64,000 nucleotides of DNA from Nitrospirota bacterium (GCA_963721805.1 CAVRJY010000004.1:64001-128000); one strand, 5' to 3'. Shown: positions 48,057-58,197, counted from the first letter of the stretch. Made by a program: numbers and translations. The notes: generated from the letters alone by a model not told the origin.

Positions 48057-48076
48057 CCCTGCAGCAAGCTGCAGGG
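48057..48076. other. Hairpin CCCTGCAGC-AA-GCTGCAGGG (terminator or IS200/IS605-type end remnant)
   Basis: Perfect 9-bp stem just after the stop codon. Confidence 0.5.
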
Positions 48077-48199
48077 AATTGCAAGTTAAAGCCTGATACG
48101 CCCTCCCGCAGCGCCTCGCGCCGCCTTCGCGGCAATCCATGCTTAACATAAAAACTAAACTTGCAGCTAGACATCCAACGTAATCGGTGGTAATATGAG

Positions 48200-50911
48200 T
48201 TGGGGGTAGTATCGTCTTGGGGGGCCTCACGGAGGCTGCGGATGATGGGGAGCGATACAGGCCAGGGAGCAACGAGGCGCAAGCTGTTGCTTTTCGCAGC
48301 GCTGACCTTGCTTGCCTATGCCGGCAACGTCGTAACCCTCCATATGTTCTTCAACGTGGCCTTCGTCTTCGGGAGCATATTCTGGATGCTCTCGATCGTG
48401 CTGTGCGGCCCCGCCCTCGGGATGCTCTCGGCCGTGATCGCCTCGGCGCAGTCGTATATCACCTGGCACAGCCCTTACACTGTCTTTACCTTCATCTCCG
48501 AGGCCGCGTTCGTGGCCATTATATATTCAAGGCGCGGCGGGAGCCTTCTGCTGCTGGACGCGATCTTCTGGATCGCGCTCGGCATCCCGATGGGGCTGGG
48601 GATGCACATGCTGAACCTCGACGTCAGCCACTCAGCCGTATACGTCATCGTCCTGAAGCAGGCGATAAACGGGATCTTCAACACCCTCGTCGCGACGCTG
48701 GCCTTGAGCGTCGCCTACCGCATCCCCTGGGTCACGGGCCATGCCCCGGTGCGCCGGGGCCGCAGCATGCACGAGATGCTGTTCGCGGTCATGGCGGCGA
48801 TGATACTTTTCCCGTCCCTGATAGGGATGATCGTCACGAGCAGGGGGAGTTTCAACAAGATGGAACACCGGGTGATCGAGGAGACGCTTTACGCCTCGTC
48901 CCACCTGGATACCACGCTCAACGCGTGGCTCGATGACCACAGCGCGTCGGTCAGGGCCCTGGCGATTTATGCGGAAGACCCGTCGGGCGGCTCGCAGATG
49001 CGCAATCAGGCCCTGCTTTCGGCGATCATCACAGCATCGCCGGGCTTTGAACGCATGGGCATCCTGAATACGGCATACAGGAGCGTTGCGTTTTGGCCCC
49101 CGTCGGTCGGCGGCAGGTCAAACATAGGCCTGGACCTCTCGGACAGGGAATACATCACGAAACTCAGCGCCCTAAACGAGCTCTCGTTCTCGGGCATCCT
49201 GTCGGCGCGCGCCGGGCCGCCTAATTACGTCGTAGCCATCGCATCGCCGATAGTCCGCGACGGCCAGTTGCGCGGGGTAGCCCTGGGCTCGATCCTCTCC
49301 GGCGAACTCTCCAAAACCATGCGCGCGGCCCTAGGCCGCAAGGACATGGCCGCGACGCTCGTCGACTCGACCGGCAGCGTAATAGCGAGCACCGAGTTCG
49401 CCATCGAGCCCAAGAGCGCGTTTGGGGGCATCGAGACGTATGACGCCACAGAGGTCGCTAAAGGCGTATCGCGCCTGAGCCCCAGGGAAATGAAAAACGC
49501 CCCTGTGGCCGAGAAATGGGCCACCTCGCTTTACTACACCTCGGTCCCCCTGTCAGTGGCTCCGGGCTGGAAGCTCGTGGTCGAGACACCTGTGAAACCA
49601 TACCATGCGATGCTGAACTCCGAGGCCCTCTCGCTGCTGTACCTCATGATGGCCGTAACCGTCGTGGCGGTCTTCGGCTCCTTTGGGCTCAGCAGGGCGG
49701 CGGCCGGCGTAATCAATAAGATCGGCGAGGCCACGGCCGGTCTGCCTGAGCGGCTCGAGCGGGGCGAGGACGTGGAGCTGCCCCGAAGCGGCATCAGGGA
49801 GGTCGCGGCCCTCATAGAGAATTTCCGCTCAATGGCCGGGGCGCTCAACGCGCGCTTCCTCGAACTCAGGGAGGCCCGCCATACGTTGGAGTACAAGGTC
49901 GAGGAGCGCACGCACGAACTCGCCGAGGCCCACGACATGCTGCTGTCCGTCCTCGACGGGATGAGCTCGCTCGTGTATGTCGCGGACATGCAGAGCCATG
50001 AGGTCCTGTTCATGAACCGCGAGATGAAGGACGCCTTCGGCGACGCGACCGGCAGGAAGTGCTGGGCTTCGCTTCGCTCGGGGATGCAGGGGCCGTGCCC
50101 CGACTGCGTCAACGACCGCCTGGCCCTGGGCGCGCCCGAGCCGGTGGTGGCCGAGATCCTGAGCGATGCCGGGCGCTGGTACGAGGTCAGCAGCCGCGCG
50201 ATCAGGTGGATCGACGGCCGGACGGTCAGGCTCTCGGTCGGCATGGACGTATCGGAGCGCCGCGAGGCCGAGCAGGCCCTGAGGGACTCGCTCGTCGAGA
50301 AGGAGATGCTGATCAGGGAGGTCCACCACAGGGTCAAGAACAACCTGGCGGTGATATCGAGCCTCCTGTCGCTGCAGTCCCGGCGCATCGAGGACGAGGA
50401 GACCCGCGACATCTTCAACGACAGCCAGAGCCGCGTGCGCTCGATGTCGATGATCCACGAGCGCCTCTACCGCTCCGGTGACCAGAAGAGCATCGAGATC
50501 TCGGAATACGTCAGCGCGCTCGCCGGACAGATCGGCCGATCGTTCGACTCAAGCGGGACGGCCGTGAGGTTCGAGCTTCATGTGCCGAAGACGCAGATGG
50601 ACGTCGATACCGCGATCCCCTGCGGCCTGATCATAAACGAACTGGTCACTAACGCCTTCAAGCACGCCTTCACGGGCGGCCGCGAGGGCGTGCTCCAAAT
50701 ATCGCTATCGAGGGCCGAGGGCGGGGCCTACTACCTCGTCGTGCGCGACAACGGCGAGGGGCTGCCAGAGGGCGCCGCCTCGTCCCACTCGCTCGGCCTG
50801 ACTATCGTCTCGACCCTCGTCAAGCAGCTTAAGGGCACGATGGAGGTCCGCGCCGTGAAGGGCAGCGGCACGGAGTTCGATATCACGTTCTACGAGCGCA
50901 AGATCGGGTGA
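48200..50911 (+). CDS. Membrane sensor histidine kinase, HisKA_2-type, with Cache and PAS domains (start uncertain)
   Basis: Multi-TM N-terminus, DLSDREY Cache motif, EVHHRVKNNL, NELVTNAFKHAF. Confidence 0.88.
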   Translation: MGVVSSWGASRRLRMMGSDTGQGATRRKLLLFAALTLLAYAGNVVTLHMFFNVAFVFGSIFWMLSIVLCGPALGMLSAVIASAQSYITWHSPYTVFTFISEAAFVAIIYSRRGGSLLLLDAIFWIALGIPMGLGMHMLNLDVSHSAVYVIVLKQAINGIFNTLVATLALSVAYRIPWVTGHAPVRRGRSMHEMLFAVMAAMILFPSLIGMIVTSRGSFNKMEHRVIEETLYASSHLDTTLNAWLDDHSASVRALAIYAEDPSGGSQMRNQALLSAIITASPGFERMGILNTAYRSVAFWPPSVGGRSNIGLDLSDREYITKLSALNELSFSGILSARAGPPNYVVAIASPIVRDGQLRGVALGSILSGELSKTMRAALGRKDMAATLVDSTGSVIASTEFAIEPKSAFGGIETYDATEVAKGVSRLSPREMKNAPVAEKWATSLYYTSVPLSVAPGWKLVVETPVKPYHAMLNSEALSLLYLMMAVTVVAVFGSFGLSRAAAGVINKIGEATAGLPERLERGEDVELPRSGIREVAALIENFRSMAGALNARFLELREARHTLEYKVEERTHELAEAHDMLLSVLDGMSSLVYVADMQSHEVLFMNREMKDAFGDATGRKCWASLRSGMQGPCPDCVNDRLALGAPEPVVAEILSDAGRWYEVSSRAIRWIDGRTVRLSVGMDVSERREAEQALRDSLVEKEMLIREVHHRVKNNLAVISSLLSLQSRRIEDEETRDIFNDSQSRVRSMSMIHERLYRSGDQKSIEISEYVSALAGQIGRSFDSSGTAVRFELHVPKTQMDVDTAIPCGLIINELVTNAFKHAFTGGREGVLQISLSRAEGGAYYLVVRDNGEGLPEGAASSHSLGLTIVSTLVKQLKGTMEVRAVKGSGTEFDITFYERKIG

Positions 50912-50934
50912 TACCACACCGCGAGGGCTTCGAG

Positions 50935-50986
50935 AGTGAGCGGGGCACCGCGAATAAGTGAGCATGGCCCTAAGCCATGTGAATAG
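50935..50986 (+). repeat. Repeat family B, two tandem units
   Basis: AGTGAG-CGGGGCACCG-CGAATA-AGTGAG-CATGGCCCTAAGCCATG-TGAATAG. Confidence 0.7.
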
Positions 50987-51007
50987 GGGCTAGCGGGCGC
51001 GGCCCGC

Positions 51008-52579
51008 TCAATGCCCGCCCGCAGGGGGGCCGCCGGATTCAGGCGCGCTGCGCTCCATGAAGAAGACCAGCCCGAGCACCCCCACCATCATCACCGAGAG
51101 CATCAGGAACGTCTCGTTGTACGCAAGCAGCGAAGACTGCCTGAAAAGCTCGTTCTGTATCACCACGTCCGGCGGCAGGTAGTTCTGCCCCTTCAGGGCG
51201 AGCCCGGCCGCAAGCTTCGCCTTCGCCGCGGCATAGTTCGGGTCAAACGGGCTTAGGTGCGAGACGAGGTTCACCTGGTTGGCTTGCGTGCGGCGCGAGA
51301 CCATCGTCGTGACGAACGCTATCCCGACGCTCCCTCCGAGGTTACGGAGCAGGTTGTATATCGCCGAGGCCTGCCCCATCATCTCCTTGCGGATATGCGA
51401 GAGCGTGAGCGTCGTAAGCGGTATGAACGTAAAGCCCATCCCTATGCCGAGCGTCACGCGCGGCCAGACGAAGTGCCAGAAGTCGGTCTGTGCGTTGAAC
51501 TTCGACATCATGTACGTCGTGAGCCCGCAGATCACTATCCCCACGGCGAGCACGGCCTTGGGGTTCGTGCGGCTAATCAGTATACCGACTATCGGCATGA
51601 CTATCAGCGTGGCGATTCCGCCGGGGCCCAGCACCATCCCGGCGTCGTAGGCCGAATACCCCATCAGGGTCTGCAGGAAAATTGGTAAGACGATAATGCT
51701 CCCGAACAGGTTGAAGAACACGAAGAACATCACCGCGCAGCCGTTGCCGAACGTGCGGTCCCGAAACAGTTTGAGGTTCACAACCGGCTGCTCGGTGTAC
51801 ATCTCGTTTATGATCAGAAACCCCAGCGAGACGAACGAGACAATGGCGAACGTTACGATCAGCGGAGAGGCGAACCAGTCCTCGCGCTGGCCCTTGTCCA
51901 GGATGAACTGCAGCGAGCCGAGCCCCGCGGCCAGCAGCACGAGCCCCAGGTAGTCGATCTTCATCTTTATCCGCTTCATGTACGAGGGGTCCTGTATGAC
52001 CAGATAGTTCATCACTATCGAGAGGATGCCAATCGGTATGTTGATATAGAATATCCACCGCCACGACCAGTTGTCCGTGATCCAGCCGCCGAGTATCGGG
52101 CCGGTGATCGGGCCGAACATCGCCCCTACGCCGAAGATCGCCATGGCCACGCCGTGCTCGGCCGGCGGAAAGGCCTCCAGCAGGATCGCCTGGCTGATCG
52201 GGACGAGCCCGCCGCCGCCCAGGCCCTGCAGGATGCGGAAGAAGATCAGGCTCTGGAGGTTCCAGGCCGAGCCGCACATGAACGAACTTACGGTAAATAG
52301 CGAGATCGAGCCGATCTGGTATGCCTTGCGCCCGAACAGGCGGCTCAGCCACCCGGACATCGGGATGACTATCGCGTTGCTGACGAGGTAGGCGCTTATC
52401 GTCCAGGTGGCCTCGTCTATCCCGGCAGAGAGCGAGCCGCGGATGTGGTCCAGAGAGACGTTGACTATCGAGGTGTCTATAATCTCGATCAGGGTGGGCA
52501 GCATGACGACGAAGGCGACCAGCCACTTGTTCACCCCGGCCATCGGCCGCTCGTGCACCTCTGCGCTGCGCGCGGACAT
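51008..52579 (-). CDS. emrB: EmrB/QacA-family DHA2 MFS efflux permease
   Basis: IDTSIVNVSL, FRILQGLGGG, WRWIFYINIPIG, NLLRNLGGSVG. Confidence 0.9.
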   Translation of the reverse strand: MSARSAEVHERPMAGVNKWLVAFVVMLPTLIEIIDTSIVNVSLDHIRGSLSAGIDEATWTISAYLVSNAIVIPMSGWLSRLFGRKAYQIGSISLFTVSSFMCGSAWNLQSLIFFRILQGLGGGGLVPISQAILLEAFPPAEHGVAMAIFGVGAMFGPITGPILGGWITDNWSWRWIFYINIPIGILSIVMNYLVIQDPSYMKRIKMKIDYLGLVLLAAGLGSLQFILDKGQREDWFASPLIVTFAIVSFVSLGFLIINEMYTEQPVVNLKLFRDRTFGNGCAVMFFVFFNLFGSIIVLPIFLQTLMGYSAYDAGMVLGPGGIATLIVMPIVGILISRTNPKAVLAVGIVICGLTTYMMSKFNAQTDFWHFVWPRVTLGIGMGFTFIPLTTLTLSHIRKEMMGQASAIYNLLRNLGGSVGIAFVTTMVSRRTQANQVNLVSHLSPFDPNYAAAKAKLAAGLALKGQNYLPPDVVIQNELFRQSSLLAYNETFLMLSVMMVGVLGLVFFMERSAPESGGPPAGGH

Positions 52580-52587
52580 GGGCGTCC

Positions 52588-53712
52588 CTACTTAGCCTCG
52601 GTCAGGATCGTCGGCACAGCGGACATCCCCACGCGGAGCAGCGACATCACTGCCGGCAGGTCGTCAAACACGATCTTCACCGGCACGCGCTGGACGACCT
52701 TCACGTAGTTGCCGCTCGCGTTCTCCGGCGGAAACAGCGTGAACGCCGAGCCCGTACCCGACATGATGCTCTCGACATGGCCCTTGAAGGTCCTGTCCGG
52801 GTATGCGTCAAGCTTTATGTCGGCCGCCATGCCGGGGCGGATCGAGTGCAGCTCGGTCTCTTTGTAGTTGGCAAGGACGTATGCGTCCCCCAGAGAGACG
52901 ACGCTCAGCAGGGGCTGGCCGGGCTGGACGTGGTTGCCGACCTCGACGGCCTTTCTCGTGACGAAGCCCTCCGAGGGCGCGAGGACGCGCGTGTACGAAA
53001 GTTGCAGCCGCTCCTGCTCGGCCTGGGCCGCGCGTTTGAGGACTATCTGGCGCTGGCTCCCGATCGAGGCCTCGCTTTCCTTAAGCAGGGCCTCCTCCGA
53101 TCTGAGCGCCGCGTGCGACTGCGCGACGATGTCAGCGGCCGCATCGAGCGCGGCCTGCGCGGTATCGAACGCGGTCCGGGCCCGCTCGAGCCTCTCGGTC
53201 GAGATGACTTTCTTGTCATAGAGGCTCTGGGCGCGCTTGAGGTCAAGGCCGGCCTGGAGCTTCTGGGCCTCGCGCGCCTTGCGGTCGGCCTCGCGCGCCC
53301 CTGTCACGGCCTTCGCCGCGGCTATCGAGGTGCGCCTGACGGCGACGGCGGCGTTTAGTTCGCCGACGCGCTCTTGCTCGGCGGCAACCGAGGCCTCGGC
53401 GTCAGCCACGCGCGTGCGGTAGATGTCAGGGTCTATCTCAACGAGCACATCGCCTTCTTTGACGTGCTGGTCGTCGGTGACGTCCACCGCGTTGACCACG
53501 CCCGAGACCCTCGGGGCGACGGTATGCACCGTGCCCGCCACGAACGCGTCGTCGGACGAGATGTGGGTGCGCGTGTATCCGAGGTAGAAGTATCCGGCCA
53601 CGAGGCCGATGACGACGACCGTGCCGAAGATGAGAAACCCCATGCGCTTCTTGCGCGCGTTGCCGTTTACGGCGGCCGGCGGCTGCCCGGGCGAGTCTTG
53701 TTCATCGCTCAT
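52588..53712 (-). CDS. emrA: EmrA/HlyD-family membrane fusion protein
   Basis: SDDAFV, ANYKETEL, PPENASGNYVKVVQRVPVKI. Confidence 0.9.
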   Translation of the reverse strand: MSDEQDSPGQPPAAVNGNARKKRMGFLIFGTVVVIGLVAGYFYLGYTRTHISSDDAFVAGTVHTVAPRVSGVVNAVDVTDDQHVKEGDVLVEIDPDIYRTRVADAEASVAAEQERVGELNAAVAVRRTSIAAAKAVTGAREADRKAREAQKLQAGLDLKRAQSLYDKKVISTERLERARTAFDTAQAALDAAADIVAQSHAALRSEEALLKESEASIGSQRQIVLKRAAQAEQERLQLSYTRVLAPSEGFVTRKAVEVGNHVQPGQPLLSVVSLGDAYVLANYKETELHSIRPGMAADIKLDAYPDRTFKGHVESIMSGTGSAFTLFPPENASGNYVKVVQRVPVKIVFDDLPAVMSLLRVGMSAVPTILTEAK

Positions 53713-55052
53713 TTTATCTCTCCCTTGATCGCACCCTCGGGTGATGGTGGCGGCGCGGCCTGCGCGTATGCGGTATAGAGCGGTACGCCTGCGGCGTACA
53801 GGTATAGCGCCTCGGCGGAGCTCAGTGCGCTCTGGGCGTCATAGCGGCTGAGCTCGGCCCTCGAGAGCGCGGCCACCGCGTCGAGCACCCCGGTGGAGTT
53901 CTCATCGCCCTCCTCGTACCTTACGCGCTCTATGCGCAGGGCCTCGGTGGCCTGCTCCACGGCGTGCTCCGCGACCGGGACGCGCTCGCGCGCTGTCTGA
54001 AGCGTTAGAAGGGCGTTTTGCACCTCGAGCGTCGCCATCTGCACCGACTTGTCATACTCGGCCCGCATCGACTGAAGCTCGGCCCTGGCCCCCCGCACCG
54101 CGGCTACCGTAGCGCCGCCGGAGAATATATCCATCGTCGCCCCGGCGTACAGCGACCAGTTGCCCGGATGCACGACGTAGGGGTTTTCGGTATACGCATA
54201 GCCGCCCTGCACGAAGAACGTAGGCAGGAAATCGGCCCACTTGGAGCGTATCTCGGCCTCCTTGGCCTCGATGCGTATCCTCTGCGCCTTGAGGTCCGGC
54301 TTGTTCGCGAGCGCCGCGGCCACGGCGTCCTCATACGAAGGAAGCGGCGGGTGCGGCATCGAGGGGTCCTCGACCTTCACCGGCTCGGTCACCGGCAGCA
54401 GGAGCATCGCGTCGATGGCGGCCGAGCGCCGCACGACCTCGTCGTTCGTCTCTATCAGCCGGAGCGAGGCCTCGTCGCGGGCGACCCCGGCCTGCAGCAC
54501 GTCGTTGCGCGTGACCGCGCCGGCATCGAACTGCGCCTGCGCGTCGCCCAGGTGGGCCTCGACGCTTCGCTTGACCTCCTCGGCCACGGCCACGGCGTGG
54601 CCTGCGTCGATCAGCCCGATGTAGCCGAGTATGAAGTCGCGCGCCGAGGAGTTCGCGGTCTTAAGCGTCGTGGCCTTCTGGGCCTCGGCCGAGAGCTTCG
54701 CGGACTTCCAGGCCGACGCAGCCTTCCCGAAGTCGAACACGGTCTGCCGGGCCTGTATGCCGTATGCCCTGAACTCATCGTCAGACTGCGGTATGGTCAT
54801 CCCGAGCGCCTTGGCCTCGGGCTTGTACTGAAGCCAGGTCTTGCCCGTATAGGCCTGCACCTGGGGCAGGAGCGGCGCGAGCGCGCCCTGAGAGGCGGCA
54901 TTCGCGATGCCCTCCTGCGCCAAGGCTATCCGCGAGTCGTAGCCCTTCTCAACCACGGTCTCCAGCCCATCTTTGAGCGTCAGGGCATAGGCCGGGGTCA
55001 ATGCGGTCAGCATGGCTGCAAGCGCCAGAAGCGCCGTCAAAGGCCGGATCAT
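53709..55052 (-). CDS. TolC-family outer-membrane efflux protein
   Basis: Signal peptide from ATG 55052; duplicated OEP repeats (LLPQV, FLPTF, IFSGG). Confidence 0.88.
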   Translation of the reverse strand: MIRPLTALLALAAMLTALTPAYALTLKDGLETVVEKGYDSRIALAQEGIANAASQGALAPLLPQVQAYTGKTWLQYKPEAKALGMTIPQSDDEFRAYGIQARQTVFDFGKAASAWKSAKLSAEAQKATTLKTANSSARDFILGYIGLIDAGHAVAVAEEVKRSVEAHLGDAQAQFDAGAVTRNDVLQAGVARDEASLRLIETNDEVVRRSAAIDAMLLLPVTEPVKVEDPSMPHPPLPSYEDAVAAALANKPDLKAQRIRIEAKEAEIRSKWADFLPTFFVQGGYAYTENPYVVHPGNWSLYAGATMDIFSGGATVAAVRGARAELQSMRAEYDKSVQMATLEVQNALLTLQTARERVPVAEHAVEQATEALRIERVRYEEGDENSTGVLDAVAALSRAELSRYDAQSALSSAEALYLYAAGVPLYTAYAQAAPPPSPEGAIKGEIK

Positions 55053-55735
55053 GAGTTTCCCTTCCTGTTGAGCATCCCGTTTAAATAGATATCCACGCAC
55101 TGTTCGGCCCAGCGCCTGAGCGCGTTGCGGCCCATCTCGCGGCCGAACATGACCTCCTCGGTCAGGAAGACCGAGAATATGAGCTTGCTGAAAACCTGCG
55201 CCGCGTCCTCAGGGTTCATCTCCCTGAGCTCCCCGGTCTCCTGCCGCTGCCTGATGAACCCGGCGAGCACCGCGACGATCTCGTCAACCAGGCGGCTGTG
55301 CGCGGCGCGGACCTTCTCGGGGTATGTCGTGACCTCCGAGACTAAGATGCGGATGAAGGACTTCCGCTCCCTGAGGCCCTCGAGGTAGTGCGTGCAGATG
55401 CTTATCATGGCCTCGCGGACCGGCATGTCCCCGATGGCCTCGATCTGTTCCCTGAGCCTCCCAAGCGGGCTCCGGTGCTTGAGCGTCTCCTCAAAAAGCC
55501 GCTCCTTGCTGCCGAAGAGGCGGAATACGGTCGGCTCCGAGACGTCCGCGCGGTGCGCGATCTCTCGGGTCGAGGCGCCGAGGTAGCCGCGCTCGGCCAC
55601 GAGCGCGAGCATGGCCTCGAGGATGCGCTCGCGGGTGTGCTGCGGGTTGCCGATCCTGTGCGGCCGCACCGCCTTCGGCGCACCCGGCGCCGCCTTGATA
55701 TGCGCGCCATGCGCGCCAGTTGCCTTAACCGCCAT
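55049..55735 (-). CDS. TetR/AcrR-family regulator
   Basis: TRERILEA...STREIAHRADVSEPTVFRLFGSKERL; SD GGAGGT. Confidence 0.92.
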   Translation of the reverse strand: MAVKATGAHGAHIKAAPGAPKAVRPHRIGNPQHTRERILEAMLALVAERGYLGASTREIAHRADVSEPTVFRLFGSKERLFEETLKHRSPLGRLREQIEAIGDMPVREAMISICTHYLEGLRERKSFIRILVSEVTTYPEKVRAAHSRLVDEIVAVLAGFIRQRQETGELREMNPEDAAQVFSKLIFSVFLTEEVMFGREMGRNALRRWAEQCVDIYLNGMLNRKGNS

Positions 55736-55765
55736 GTCCCGGTCCACCTCCAGCGTTAGCGAATG

Positions 55766-55815
55766 TGTGTAAGTGCTTGCATAACAAAATATCATTTGCA
55801 GCAAGATGCTGTCAA
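55766..55815 (-). promoter_or_regulatory. Promoter and candidate TetR operator
   Basis: TTGACA-18 nt-TATTTT on the minus strand; imperfect palindrome TGTAAGTGCTTGCA just downstream. Confidence 0.5.
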
Positions 55816-55851
55816 GCGGGCTGGGGAGTTAAGGCGAGCGAAAGGCGCTTT

Positions 55852-55973
55852 GGGGCCGGTTGGCCCCCTCTTCTTGGAAAGAGGTGCCCGTGGCACCCCG
55901 ATGGTGTACCTGGGCGCACATAGAGGGCGAGTTTTCGAAGTCCAACGCAGCATCAAGCGATTAGGAGCGCTTT
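55852..55973 (-). repeat. Dispersed palindromic repeat family A, inverted relative to 34334
   Basis: Shares ACTCGCCCTCTATGT..GTACACCATCGGGGTGCCACGGGCAC..GGGGCCAACCGGCCCC. Confidence 0.85.
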
Positions 55974-55983
55974 GAAGAGAGGC

Positions 55984-57717
55984 TCAGGTAAGTTTAACTT
56001 TCTTCTGTTTCTCGGCGAGCGAGATGATCTCGGCAACAGTGGTCGCATCCTCCGGGCTCTTGTCCCGTCTGATGAACCCTACCGCGCGGGGGAACCTGAG
56101 CGCATAGCCGGTGCCGGTCTCGTCGCGGCCGGCCGTATGCGAGGGCGAGCGCGTGATCTCATCCGCGGTTACGGTGATGACGAAGCGCGGCGTGAGCCAG
56201 GCGTCCGGGGTCATCTCTGAATCGACTCGCGCGTGGCGGTGCGGTATGCGGGCCTCGTCCAAAAGAGGCTTCAGCTCCATGAACTCCTCGTCCGTAAACC
56301 CGCTGCCGACCTTAGATACGGTCTTGAAGGTGTCGCTCTCGGGATCGTATACCGCGCCCAGAAGCGCGCCCAGCCCGAACCGCGCACGCGAGCCCCGCCC
56401 GGCGAAGTACCCGACCACGCAGAGGTCGACCGAGTCCGCGAGCTCGCCGCGGTATGAGCGTTTTAATTTAATCCAGTTAAAATTGCGTGATCCCGCTGCG
56501 TAGGGCGAGTCCGGCCTTTTTACGACCACGCCCTCAAGCCCGACCTCTATCGAGTGCTCGAAGAACCGGTCTATCTCGGCCGGGTCTTCGGTGACAAACA
56601 TCTCCGAGGGCACGATCAGCCCGCCGCCCTTGATAAGCTTAAGCAGCCTCCGGCGGCGCTCCTCATACCCAAACGAGATCAGGTCCTCGCCGTCGTGGTA
56701 CATCAGGTCGAAGGCGAAGAACTTAAGCGGCAGCGTACGGCTCGCCTCGGCCACGCCGTGCTTGCGCTTGCGCTGTATCGTGACCTGAAACGGCATCAGC
56801 TCGCCGGTCGATTCGTTGTGCACGAGGGCCTCGCCCTCGAATATCAGCTGCCGCGCCGGGAGGTTCGAAGCGGCCTCGACCAGCTCAGGGAACATCGCGG
56901 TCATGCGCTCCTGGTTACGCGAGAATATGTCGACCTTCTTACCGTCCTTGTGTATCTGGCAGCGGAATCCGTCGTACTTCGCCTCGACCGCGGCGCGGCC
57001 GATCTTCGCTATGATGTCCGCCGATGTCGGCAGGCGCTCGCACAGCGCGGGGCGGATCGGGTATCCGACGTGCACCTTGAAGGCCCGTATGCCCTCCATG
57101 CCCGACTCCTTAAGCGTGCGCCCGACGAGCCCCAGGTCCGAGCATAGGTTATAGGCGCGCTCCAATTCGGGCTTTAATCCCCGGTCGCCCTCGCCGAGCG
57201 CGAGGGCCTCAATCACGGTGCTGTCGCCCACTCCGAGGCGGAGCTTGCCGGCCACGAACCGCGCTGCGTACCTCGCCTCCTCGGGCGCGCAGGCCCTGAG
57301 CATGCTCGCCAGCAGGTTGAGCTTCTGGTCGACGCTGCCCTTGCCCGAGGTATGCGCTATGGCCATGAGTTCGTCGTACAGCCCGGTGACCGTGAGCGTC
57401 CCGTGGCCGGTGCCGAACTCCTCGGCCACCGCTCCGAGGTCCCCGGTGCGCTTGTACGCCTTCTCTACGCTCGCGGTCGGAGTGCCCGAGGCCTCCGAGA
57501 TCGCGCGGATCAGCAGCTTTTCGGACATCCCGATCTCGATGCCGTGAAACGGGGCCGCAAGCGCGCCCTGCGTGATGTAGATTATGCGGTCGATCTCGGC
57601 CGGGCGCGCGTCCTTAAAAAGTTCGGCGAGTATGTCGAACATCTCAAGCCGCTTGGCCGTGGCCTCGAGGCGCTTGAGGCAGGCGACGAGCTTCGAGAAC
57701 TTCATCGGCCCGGGCAT
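55984..57717 (-). CDS. ATP-dependent DNA ligase, three-domain archaeal/eukaryotic type
   Basis: N-terminal DNA-binding domain (GDLG, KLRLG), motif I EAKYDGFR, EGVVVK, WIKLK, LRFPR. Confidence 0.92.
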   Translation of the reverse strand: MPGPMKFSKLVACLKRLEATAKRLEMFDILAELFKDARPAEIDRIIYITQGALAAPFHGIEIGMSEKLLIRAISEASGTPTASVEKAYKRTGDLGAVAEEFGTGHGTLTVTGLYDELMAIAHTSGKGSVDQKLNLLASMLRACAPEEARYAARFVAGKLRLGVGDSTVIEALALGEGDRGLKPELERAYNLCSDLGLVGRTLKESGMEGIRAFKVHVGYPIRPALCERLPTSADIIAKIGRAAVEAKYDGFRCQIHKDGKKVDIFSRNQERMTAMFPELVEAASNLPARQLIFEGEALVHNESTGELMPFQVTIQRKRKHGVAEASRTLPLKFFAFDLMYHDGEDLISFGYEERRRRLLKLIKGGGLIVPSEMFVTEDPAEIDRFFEHSIEVGLEGVVVKRPDSPYAAGSRNFNWIKLKRSYRGELADSVDLCVVGYFAGRGSRARFGLGALLGAVYDPESDTFKTVSKVGSGFTDEEFMELKPLLDEARIPHRHARVDSEMTPDAWLTPRFVITVTADEITRSPSHTAGRDETGTGYALRFPRAVGFIRRDKSPEDATTVAEIISLAEKQKKVKLT

Positions 57718-57719
57718 GG

Positions 57720-58190
57720 TTATTTTTTCTTGGCCCTGGGCGGGATCGCGCCCTCGCCAAGCGCGGCCTCTATCTTTAGCCGCATCGCCTTGGCGGCCGC
57801 GGGGCTTGCCCCGCCGGTCGAGATCGCGATAGTGAATGCGCCGCGGCGGATAATGGAGGGGACTATGAAGGTGCAGAGCGAGGGGTCGTCGGCCACGTTT
57901 ACAAGCGCGCAGCGCGAGGCGCGGCTGACCGCGCGGTTGACCTTGCTGTCGTCCGTCGCGGCCAGGACGAGCTCGGCACCTTCGAGGTCGGACGGACGGA
58001 ACTTCCGCCTGACAAGGCTGATGCGGCCTTCGGACAGAGCGGCCTCTAGCGCAGGATTCAAGGCGGGGCTTATGACGGTCACGTCCGCCCCGGCATCGAT
58101 CAGGGAGGCCGCCTTGCGCGCTGCCACGGCGCCGCCTCCGACGACTACGGCGCGCCGGCCGCGCAGATCGAGAAACGCCGGGTAGTACAG
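57720..58190 (-). CDS. Precorrin-2 dehydrogenase/ferrochelatase (SirC or CysG N-domain), short; start uncertain, possibly CTG
   Basis: YYPAFLDL..VVGGGAVAARK, AATDD, NVADDP, ISTGGASP. Confidence 0.8.
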   Translation of the reverse strand: MYYPAFLDLRGRRAVVVGGGAVAARKAASLIDAGADVTVISPALNPALEAALSEGRISLVRRKFRPSDLEGAELVLAATDDSKVNRAVSRASRCALVNVADDPSLCTFIVPSIIRRGAFTIAISTGGASPAAAKAMRLKIEAALGEGAIPPRAKKK

Positions 58191-58197
58191 CCCCGCG

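Noticed and set aside
48053..48190. IS200/IS605 element
   Set aside because: Only a hairpin and short inverted repeats; no tnpA or tnpB coding remnant is recognisable.
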